Source of the DNA: Patescibacteria group bacterium
Lineage (GTDB): Bacteria > Patescibacteriota > Patescibacteriia > JACRDY01
DNA length: 64,000 nt
Assembly: GCA_041653535.1 (NCBI GenBank)
Contig: JBAZFH010000002.1
Location: 7,209 to 71,208, forward strand
Direction of reading: 5' to 3'
Shown here: one piece after another, positions 9,248-16,950 of the stretch
Layout: each line of letters begins with the position of its first letter
Position numbering within the stretch: position 1 is the first letter of the stretch
Translations under genes and position numbers: made by a program
The notes under the pieces: model-generated
The model's database searches: none
Told to the model about the DNA's origin: nothing
The model's input: only the letters and a program-made list of their open reading frames with translations

Positions 9248-10522
9248 TTAAACCTTTTTATCTCCTGCTTTTAGTTTAGCATAAACCGCGGTCAAATGAG
9301 AAACATATCGCGAACAAAGCTGCTGGTCGGCTAACCGCCGCTTGATCGGACTAAGTTCCAATATCACTTTTAGCATCCGGCGCAGCAACTCATATGTCCA
9401 GAGAGAATAATTATCAAAAATTAAATTTTGCAGCTTGCCGTTTTCTATCGCACCCAAAACAAATCTCTCAAAGCTGTTGTTTGGCACAAAACGCGTATCG
9501 GATCGGCGCACCATTTCCATCGCTTTAGTCGGACAAAATCTGGTACAAACACCGCAGCCGATACAGTGGGCAATATCTATTTCCGGTTTTTTGTGGTTTA
9601 TTTTTATGGCTTCAACCGGACAACGTCTGGCGCACATACCGCAGCCGATACATTTGTCGCTACTAATCTGCGGAAAATAATTGCTATTGATCGCCGGTCG
9701 AGTACCGAGTTTTTTATAAGCCAGTATCGCCTCGCAACAACAACCGCAACAATTACAAATCCAGGCAACTTTATTTTTGATATTATCGCCAAGCTGCACT
9801 AAGCCCAATTTAACACATTTGTCCAAAATCGCTTTTGCCTCTTCTTTGGTGATTTTTTTAGCGACACCGTGTTTGGACAAACTTTCTGCGGCGGTATTAA
9901 ATGTCAGACAAACATCTTGCGGCATTTGACACGCTTTACCCATGTGCTCCATTTTGTGCCGGCAATAACAAGTACCAACGGTGATACACGAAGCGGTGTT
10001 GATCACCTCTGTCGCTTTTTCGTAATCTAGTATTTCTGTTTTGGCTTTTTCTGATAAAGCGTCTTCTTGGACAAAAGTGCGGGCAATCGACGGATCTATA
10101 GCTAAAACTTCTTTAACAAAGCGATCTTCAATATTTATGTATTGATAATATAGTTCGGACAAAACTTTGCGGTCGAACCGACCATCAGTACGCATAATAG
10201 AAAATTCAAAAAACCCCGCCATCGTCGGGGCTAAAATATAATTTTGTTCTTTGCCATTTTGGATATCAAGAAAAAGTCCTTTGTCGGCCAACGTGTCCAA
10301 AATAGCCTTTGCCTCGACTTCTTTCTTTTTCCAAATCTTGGCCGCTTTTTTAGCAGTAAAAAGGTTGATCGGCAAAAACGAAACCAGCTCGGCTTCTTCC
10401 GGGGTAAACAAAATCTCCAGAATTTTAAAAAGCGTCTCTGAACTCGGCGCGCCTTGCGGCGAACGATCCAGCCGACGCTGTAAATCCAAATAATTTTTTG
10501 AAGTCTGATGACCCATAAACAT
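9248..10522 (-). CDS. 4Fe-4S dicluster domain protein with additional Cys-rich cluster
   Basis: Two ferredoxin motifs CIGCGMCARRCP and CIGCGVCTRFCP; extra CNCCGCCCE and CITVGTCYC clusters. Confidence 0.75.
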   Translation of the reverse strand: MFMGHQTSKNYLDLQRRLDRSPQGAPSSETLFKILEILFTPEEAELVSFLPINLFTAKKAAKIWKKKEVEAKAILDTLADKGLFLDIQNGKEQNYILAPTMAGFFEFSIMRTDGRFDRKVLSELYYQYINIEDRFVKEVLAIDPSIARTFVQEDALSEKAKTEILDYEKATEVINTASCITVGTCYCRHKMEHMGKACQMPQDVCLTFNTAAESLSKHGVAKKITKEEAKAILDKCVKLGLVQLGDNIKNKVAWICNCCGCCCEAILAYKKLGTRPAINSNYFPQISSDKCIGCGMCARRCPVEAIKINHKKPEIDIAHCIGCGVCTRFCPTKAMEMVRRSDTRFVPNNSFERFVLGAIENGKLQNLIFDNYSLWTYELLRRMLKVILELSPIKRRLADQQLCSRYVSHLTAVYAKLKAGDKKV

Positions 10523-10564
10523 TGACCACTATTTTCTAAGCATGAACAACTGCCTCAAAACCAT

Positions 10565-10783
10565 CTATAGTTTTTCTATTTCCTTTAAATCTTTATCCGG
10601 TAAGTACAAAACGACAAGACCAATAATAACACCAACGATAGCCGTCCACACATGACTACCGCCAAAAAGCCATTTATCAAATCCGTCTAAAACATACCAA
10701 ATTCCGCGCCAGATCAAAACCAAACTAACGGCAATGGAAATGTTTTTTGCCAAATAGCCTAGGGTTATTTTACGTTTAAACAT
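10565..10783 (-). CDS. small 2-TM membrane protein
   Basis: 72-aa hydrophobic ORF tightly packed (2-nt gap) behind 10785..11204. Confidence 0.45.
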   Translation of the reverse strand: MFKRKITLGYLAKNISIAVSLVLIWRGIWYVLDGFDKWLFGGSHVWTAIVGVIIGLVVLYLPDKDLKEIEKL

Positions 10784-10784
10784 A

Positions 10785-11204
10785 TTATTTTATTGACTTA
10801 TTTAGTCGCGCCAAAATCCAGCCTGCCAACAAACCATCTATCAGACCCATAATCGTCCAGGTTAAAATCATTACTAAGGGTAGATTAAAACTGGAAAAAT
10901 TAATTAGAAAAGCCGGGATACCACCGACAAAAAAATAAATTAAACCAAAGTTCAGACCGTTATAAAAAACGCTTTTACCAAATAATTGCTTGGTCTTATC
11001 CCAAACAAAAGATAGACCGAAACCAAGTGCTATTGGGTAGAGAAAAAAAAGCATCATGATTGGGTCCTGCCAAGGACGAAAAACTGGATTCATGTAAGAC
11101 TCTTTCAACCAAGGAAAGAGGGAGCTAAAAATCGGGTTCAGCGCCATATTAATAACTACCATGACCACGCCGGCGACTAACCCAGTCCAAAATACTTTTT
11201 TCAT
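10785..11204 (-). CDS. hypothetical 4-TM membrane protein
   Basis: 139-aa hydrophobic ORF. Confidence 0.55.
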   Translation of the reverse strand: MKKVFWTGLVAGVVMVVINMALNPIFSSLFPWLKESYMNPVFRPWQDPIMMLFFLYPIALGFGLSFVWDKTKQLFGKSVFYNGLNFGLIYFFVGGIPAFLINFSSFNLPLVMILTWTIMGLIDGLLAGWILARLNKSIK

Positions 11205-11391
11205 AGAAGTTTTTTTAATATTAAGCCAATATAGCTTATCTTAACTTATTAATTCATAAATTAAATCAGCTAGTTAAAACCCAATATTTTTTTGGCAATC
11301 AATACTAATAAAATATAACTTAATTATACTGATTTTACAAGGAAATCTCAATAAATAAAAGCAGAAACCTACTGGGATATTTTTTACCTGA

Positions 11392-12207
11392 TCAAATCTT
11401 GGCTTTGATTTGAGAAATAATTTTTTCAGTTTCGAATTCACCAATTTCAACGATCTTTTCACCGGAGTCTTTAGTAAAATATTCACGCCAACTGGAATAT
11501 CTACCAAGCGGCGGTTGAATAATAAAATCAGCATCATGCATCGAATATTCCGCCAAATAATGACGCATTATTTCCTGGGTCCTTTCCGCCACCAGAGTAA
11601 AGCCAATTTTTTGCGGAGCGACACCTAACGAGTTTTGAGAAAAATCCAGATTAACCGCAATAATCACTTGCGCACCCATACTTTTTAAATAATTATCGGG
11701 TACGGGGTTACTGACACCACCGTCTACCAAAACACGATTGCCAAAAATCACCGGTCGAAAAATGCCCGGCACTGCCATACTGGCACGAGCGGCAAATGCC
11801 AGATTACCTTCGCTAAACACCACTTGCTCGCCGCTAATCAAGTCGGTAGCGTTAATCCGGAGAGGAATCTGAACATCGGCAAAAGTTTTTTTATCAAGCC
11901 AACCATCAAGCATGGCTTCGATTTTTTCTCCTTTGACCAGACCGCCGCCTAATGTCGGTTCCAAAAAACTTAACAACTTTTCTTTTTTTCTGCCAACCGT
12001 AAATTCAGCGGTTTTTTCAATATCGCGATAAAGCGCAAAATGCGCCGCTACCCAAGCGCCAATACTGGCTCCAGAAAGATAGTCAATCGGAATATTGTGA
12101 CGCAAAAGCGCTTTAATTACTCCGATATGCGCCAGTCCTCTTACTCCGCCGCTGCCAAGGGCTAATCCAACTTTTTTAAACATAAAAATAAAACATCTTC
12201 TGTACAT
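11392..12207 (-). CDS. patatin-like phospholipase
   Basis: Glycine-rich GSGGVRG, nucleophile GASIG (GxSxG), catalytic DGG motif DGGVSNPVP. Confidence 0.85.
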   Translation of the reverse strand: MYRRCFIFMFKKVGLALGSGGVRGLAHIGVIKALLRHNIPIDYLSGASIGAWVAAHFALYRDIEKTAEFTVGRKKEKLLSFLEPTLGGGLVKGEKIEAMLDGWLDKKTFADVQIPLRINATDLISGEQVVFSEGNLAFAARASMAVPGIFRPVIFGNRVLVDGGVSNPVPDNYLKSMGAQVIIAVNLDFSQNSLGVAPQKIGFTLVAERTQEIMRHYLAEYSMHDADFIIQPPLGRYSSWREYFTKDSGEKIVEIGEFETEKIISQIKAKI

Positions 12208-12307
12208 ACAACACTACGCCCGATTATACCTTTTGTAAACCCAAATAAAAAATCAGTACTATTGAAAATAATACCGACTTTTTATTGGTTAAGTTATAAA
12301 ATAAAGC

Positions 12308-12718
12308 TTATCTCCAATTATTTTTCCATCCATTCGGTCCGGAGTCGTAATCGTTTTGTAGCTCGCTGCTGGCTTCTTTGTTTTTTGGTCTTTGCAGCTC
12401 TTCAGGAGTAGGATCTGCTTCGCCGCAATCAAGCGAATCGACTTTGACTAGCTCTGACTGCGGAACCTCGTCTCGATGATAAGCAAGATAATGAACGGCG
12501 AGAAAATTGGTCTGCTCTCCATTGGGTAACGTGTAATCACAGTTCGTGCTACGTGCTCCACACTTACAAATATGTATGCCGCGATAACCAAGACCTTCTT
12601 TGCCCTGCCGAAGAGCGGCAACCATTTTCCTGGTATACCTATCAATAACCGGCTCGGAGGAAGTTTTCGCAGAGGGCTCGATATAAAGAATTCCCATGTC
12701 TGTAATCATATTAAACAA
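12308..12718 (-). CDS. hypothetical Cys/His-rich protein (possible Zn-binding)
   Basis: 136-aa ORF, first codon TTG (first ATG at codon 4); HICKCGARSTNCDY...HYLAYH cluster. Confidence 0.5.
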   Translation of the reverse strand: MFNMITDMGILYIEPSAKTSSEPVIDRYTRKMVAALRQGKEGLGYRGIHICKCGARSTNCDYTLPNGEQTNFLAVHYLAYHRDEVPQSELVKVDSLDCGEADPTPEELQRPKNKEASSELQNDYDSGPNGWKNNWR

Positions 12719-12825
12719 TACTTAATATTTAACATTTAAAAAAATATTATCATCATCAACTACTATTTTCTGCGCTTTGCTAATTTTCACATATCCAACA
12801 TTATCACTAATTATCCACCTTGTAA

Positions 12826-12867
12826 ATAAAAAAATCCCCGCATACACCACTAAGGGCGAACGGGGAT
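12826..12867 (-). terminator. intrinsic terminator (ATCCCCG...CGGGGAT hairpin plus 7-T run on minus strand), followed by a second hairpin TAGCCGT..ACGGCTA
   Basis: Directly downstream of the cupin gene stop. Confidence 0.6.
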
Positions 12868-12881
12868 GCTGATAGCCGTGC

Positions 12882-13646
12882 CTAGCGACGGCTATAATGA
12901 ACGTCTTCCATCTGAAAAGCCGGGGAGCATACACATACTACGACAAGGTCTTCCGGAGATTCGTTGACGAAGCCATGTTCCGTTCCGGGATTGACACGCA
13001 ACCAATCACCGGACTGAATCGGCACAAGAGTTCGATTGATATTGACGAATCCTTTGCCCTCAACCACGTATGCGAACTCAGTGGTCCGCTTATGATAATG
13101 AGGTTTCTTGCGCCGCATCAGATCACTGGTAACCCAGCCTAGTGCCACACTCAAACCAAGATGGGAAAAATCATATGAGATAATTTTTGCACCGTCAAAG
13201 CAATCTTGCGGCTCAGACAAAAACAACTGGGCGGGGGATTTTTGAACAAACGATTCGTCTTTAATTATCTCGACGTCAGCGGGGTTAAACGGGGGCAGGG
13301 CAAATACCAGATGTTCCAAATATCCACCGCCAATATTTTTGAGCATATGCGGAACACCGGGCAGAATGTCAAAAGCGCTACCAGCGACTACCCGACGACA
13401 AACATCGTCCGGTTTCGAAACATCAAACAAAGCTTCTCCGTGACCCTTGGTGATAACATAAATCTCCGTCATCTCTCGATGTTTATGCAAAAGAGATTCA
13501 GCCATCGGATTCATAATCACGTGTGCCATTGACCATGTCGGCTGTTTTTCCACTTCACGCAGTACTTGTCCGCAAACATTCGCGGCGACCGGCAGTTTTC
13601 GCACCTTTACCAAAATCAACGAATCCTTAGGTTTCCGTCGTATCAT
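12882..13646 (-). CDS. bicupin-fold protein (mannose-6-phosphate-isomerase-like cupin)
   Basis: 254 aa with two cupin-like beta-barrel halves (G..H..H...E..Y style motifs HKHREMTEIYVITKGHG and PGTEHGFVN). Confidence 0.65.
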   Translation of the reverse strand: MIRRKPKDSLILVKVRKLPVAANVCGQVLREVEKQPTWSMAHVIMNPMAESLLHKHREMTEIYVITKGHGEALFDVSKPDDVCRRVVAGSAFDILPGVPHMLKNIGGGYLEHLVFALPPFNPADVEIIKDESFVQKSPAQLFLSEPQDCFDGAKIISYDFSHLGLSVALGWVTSDLMRRKKPHYHKRTTEFAYVVEGKGFVNINRTLVPIQSGDWLRVNPGTEHGFVNESPEDLVVVCVCSPAFQMEDVHYSRR

Positions 13647-13754
13647 AAAAAGCTCCTTTTTTGTTTTTTACGTACCACTAACTAATTATTCACTGATGTC
13701 ACGACAAACACTAAAATTTTAAACAAAAATCACAAATATATTCGGCAACCGATA

Positions 13755-14495
13755 TCACGCTTTTTTTATCTCAATTTTTAACCTTTTTGCCAGCTTACTG
13801 CGGTGATGCCGGTAAAAATATTCCAGGCGACTAGCTGCTTTATGCGCTTTAGCATAAATCTCGGTATAGTTTTTATTCACCCGCAACGTGCCGTTTCTAA
13901 TGTCAAAACAGTGCCCGGCAGACATTATTCTTCTCTCATAAAGTTCGTGTAGCAAAACAAATTCTCTTTCGGCGGGATACAAACCATCATCAAGCCAAAT
14001 TTCTTTATCGGGAATAAAAGAATAAACCCTGTCATGACCACCTTCGGTAAAATCAATATAGTAAAAATCACGAACCAATTCCCCTCGTACCACCCAGACA
14101 TTAACCTTCTTACTATACTCTTTTAATAATTCCTTATGAACACTGGCGACTAATTCTTTTTTATTCTTTCTAAATTTTTCTAATTTTTTAAACAATTTAG
14201 ATTTTTTTCTTTCTAACAATTCAGCTTTACCCGCCGCATCCATAGCCACGCATCGGCTCTTGCCTTCCACCATCAGCCGGTACTCCGTCAACATTCGGTA
14301 AATATAAAAACGCACTTCGCTTTGTTGCTGCTCCCGGTCGATCCAAAATTCATCCAACGGAATACTTTTGCAGGTATAATGATGACCGAAATTGGTAAAT
14401 TCTTTATCGAGGTTGGTTCGGATATATTGACCGTCTACTAACCAGATACTTATAACACCTCTGTCGTCAATCTTTTTTAAATACGGCTTTTTCAT
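13755..14495 (-). CDS. hypothetical protein with internal tandem domain duplication
   Basis: Repeat 1 ISIWLVDGQYIR..FGHHY..IPLDEFWID..YRMLTEYRLM; repeat 2 VNVWVVRGELVR..GGHDRVY.FIPDKEIWLD..LLHELYERRIM. Confidence 0.6.
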   Translation of the reverse strand: MKKPYLKKIDDRGVISIWLVDGQYIRTNLDKEFTNFGHHYTCKSIPLDEFWIDREQQQSEVRFYIYRMLTEYRLMVEGKSRCVAMDAAGKAELLERKKSKLFKKLEKFRKNKKELVASVHKELLKEYSKKVNVWVVRGELVRDFYYIDFTEGGHDRVYSFIPDKEIWLDDGLYPAEREFVLLHELYERRIMSAGHCFDIRNGTLRVNKNYTEIYAKAHKAASRLEYFYRHHRSKLAKRLKIEIKKA

Positions 14496-14549
14496 GTGGT
14501 TTAACTCTTTCGTCTAATTACGCCCGTTTTTTAAAAAAATAAATTCCTA

Positions 14550-14770
14550 TCTATGCGTAGCACATTTATTCGTAAAAACTCCACACTAAGCAGGATGTAA
14601 ATGGGGACGATGTCCCGAAGTTTGAACCGAGAACACGGCTAAGTTTCGCGTTTATTGATAAAAGTATACAGCAATTAAGGGCTTATTACAAAATTCATCC
14701 GGAATGGTTTGAGACACCGAAGCCAAAATCAGTTAAGGGTAAAAATGAGGTGGATTATTCGGTTTGATTA
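14550..14770 (+). repeat. copy A of a ~200-bp repeated peptide-coding fragment (open frame 14576..14767, no start codon; C-terminus HPEWFETPKPKSVKGKNEVDYSV*)
   Basis: Shares blocks GACGATGTCCCGAAGTT.GAACC and CATCC.GAATGGTTTGAG with 25284..25492; differences are mostly synonymous third positions. Confidence 0.5.
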
Positions 14771-14807
14771 TTAGCAAACACTCCTATTAAACTTCACCCC
14801 ACCACAG

Positions 14808-16172
14808 TTACTTATTGTGGGATTGCTTTTTGTGGGAGTAAATAAACCAAATCACGGCTATTACAGCTACTAGAACATAAAACCATAGAAATAAATGGGA
14901 AGTTGATAGACTCATTGATATTGTTTCGGGAATGCCGACAGCTGCGAAAATGGCAAAGTGAGTAAGATGATTTACGTAGAAAGTCGCGCTGACATCATCA
15001 AAGATTGCGTCGGAAACAAGTTTCCATTCGTTTGAATCATCATCGAGGTAATATACACCCAAGTCATTGCGATCACGCAAATTTTCAGGAATCACAAGCG
15101 TAATTTTGATCGGTTTATCAAATTGATGAACCACCTGACCTTGTTTATTGACTGCTGTGATATCAAAAACAGTTCCCAAGAGAGTTGTTTGGTCGTTTTG
15201 TAGAGAAGCGACAGTATCGGCTGTTGCCAGCCTAACTGAAACCGTAAGGATATCAGCTGATACTTCTTTTGGCAGCTCGATAATCACCGCCTGTCTTTTT
15301 GATTCTTGAGCCATTTCCGGCGTAGTAAAATCCCAGACCAGAAGTCCGCTTTGCTGAGGTTCTACAGCGAGCGGTGCGTTAAAACTTTCCTGATGATTTT
15401 CTTCGGGTCTGTCTGTTGGTAATTGTTTCTGTAAGCCCTTAAAAAATTGAGTAATATTTTCACTTGTAGGTTGACTATTTTCAGAGGTCGATTTGGGAAG
15501 GCTGCCATCGATTTGCATCTCTTTGTTTATGGACGGCTCAGTACTCGGCTCATTATTCGGATTTATTGGATTTTCCGATATAGGCTCAGTCGGAGAACTT
15601 GGCTCTATAGGGGTTGTCGGAGCAGAAGGACTTCCCCCACTTCCACCTCCGCCGCCAGTTGCCACGCATGATCCGCCCGATACTATATATCCGCTATTGC
15701 AGGTAGCCGGACCGCAGGTTGGGTAGGCATTATAGGTAGCGGCATTGGAAACTACCGGACAAGCCGGCCGCCAGTCAGTCCGCACATCGCAATAAGTCGG
15801 GCAGTCAAAAGTCATGGTGCCTATAAGATCGCCCGTGGCAGTTCCAGAGAATTTACCGTTTGAGGTGTTTATAGAAACGCTGCCAAAATTAATCCAGCCT
15901 AACTGATCGCCCCAGGCATAACCAGACAAATCACCATTATCATTTAAAACCCCGCCATTTGGCGGATCAAATCGTATCCAACCGAAATTTTTAGACCAGG
16001 CATAGCCGGTAAGTGCGCTGTCTGAAATAGTTACACTTTCAAAATTGATGTAGCCGGTGTTATTGCTCCAAGCGTATTTGTAATCACCAGTGATGTTAGC
16101 GGTCAACAAAAAAGAAACCGGCAGAAAAATGCCGACAATAATTAATAAAAATGTCGGAATTTTTGTTGCCAT
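14808..16172 (-). CDS. surface protein with N-terminal signal, tandem GYAWSxNxGWIxF repeats, Cys-rich and G/S/P-rich linker, C-terminal TM anchor
   Basis: Repeats YAWSNNTGYINFE / GYAWSKNFGWIRFD / GYAWGDQLGWINFG; GGGGGSGGSPSAPTTPIEPSSPTEP linker; C-terminal hydrophobic helix plus HKKQSHNK. Confidence 0.8.
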   Translation of the reverse strand: MATKIPTFLLIIVGIFLPVSFLLTANITGDYKYAWSNNTGYINFESVTISDSALTGYAWSKNFGWIRFDPPNGGVLNDNGDLSGYAWGDQLGWINFGSVSINTSNGKFSGTATGDLIGTMTFDCPTYCDVRTDWRPACPVVSNAATYNAYPTCGPATCNSGYIVSGGSCVATGGGGGSGGSPSAPTTPIEPSSPTEPISENPINPNNEPSTEPSINKEMQIDGSLPKSTSENSQPTSENITQFFKGLQKQLPTDRPEENHQESFNAPLAVEPQQSGLLVWDFTTPEMAQESKRQAVIIELPKEVSADILTVSVRLATADTVASLQNDQTTLLGTVFDITAVNKQGQVVHQFDKPIKITLVIPENLRDRNDLGVYYLDDDSNEWKLVSDAIFDDVSATFYVNHLTHFAIFAAVGIPETISMSLSTSHLFLWFYVLVAVIAVIWFIYSHKKQSHNK

Positions 16173-16177
16173 ATAAA

Positions 16178-16921
16178 TTATTTTCCGGAGATAACCAAAA
16201 TGTCGGCATCCGGTTTACCTTCGCCCTCGGGCAAAGAAGAAACTCTGCCACCCAAAAGACCGGCGATCTGGCCTGCTTCCTTGCTGTGCGCGCCGGTTAA
16301 ATCAATTACCAAAGTTTCCTTATAATCTTTTTTAGAGGCATCGCCCGAGACGCCAGTCTGATAGAGCGGGTAAGTCTTTTGCACCAGCTTTTCAGATTCA
16401 CCAGCTAGTTCAATGGATTCCGTGCCATTGTAATAAGCGATCTTCAATCCGGTCAGAGCAACGGTTGCCGACTTCTCTTGCTTAGCAACATCTTTCTGAT
16501 CAATAAAAATTGGCGCAACATTGATAATTTTGTTGGTGGATGGCCGATAGAGAATGGCTTGCATTGCCTTGGTATAAGCCAAAAGCTTGTCGCCATTTTC
16601 AGCTTTTGCAAAAAATGGCTGGTCTTTTAGTTTGTCTTTATCCATAATTGTTGCCACGGTTGGCGTTTCATCTGCTGGCAACTCCATTATTTTACTAACC
16701 GCAGATACTAAAGTTTCGGTTTCTTTTTGAGCCTCAATGTCTGGATTGGCTTTAAGCTGGCGATATCTATTAGAGTAATAAATTGATGTGGCAATTCCGC
16801 CAACGGCCAAAAGAATTATAACAACTGCCAGCCAGCGTTTTACTGCTGGGTAACTTGGAAATTTAGGCTTGCTTAATTTTTGTGCCGCATCAATACTAGA
16901 TACTTTAACGTTCTTAAACAT
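16178..16921 (-). CDS. membrane-anchored LytR_C-like domain protein
   Basis: N-terminal TM helix; C-terminal domain ending ...GKPDADILVISGK resembles the LytR C-terminal domain. Confidence 0.6.
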   Translation of the reverse strand: MFKNVKVSSIDAAQKLSKPKFPSYPAVKRWLAVVIILLAVGGIATSIYYSNRYRQLKANPDIEAQKETETLVSAVSKIMELPADETPTVATIMDKDKLKDQPFFAKAENGDKLLAYTKAMQAILYRPSTNKIINVAPIFIDQKDVAKQEKSATVALTGLKIAYYNGTESIELAGESEKLVQKTYPLYQTGVSGDASKKDYKETLVIDLTGAHSKEAGQIAGLLGGRVSSLPEGEGKPDADILVISGK

Positions 16922-16950
16922 ATCTTTTATTTAATAATAAATTACTTTTA

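Noticed and set aside
11274-11537. 87-aa ORF overlapping the 3' end of the patatin gene
   Set aside because: It is in the same locus and frame-shifted relative to a well-supported gene, with no RBS.
12722-12934. 70-aa ORF across the cupin terminator
   Set aside because: It spans two terminator hairpins and the cupin stop, so it is unlikely to be coding.
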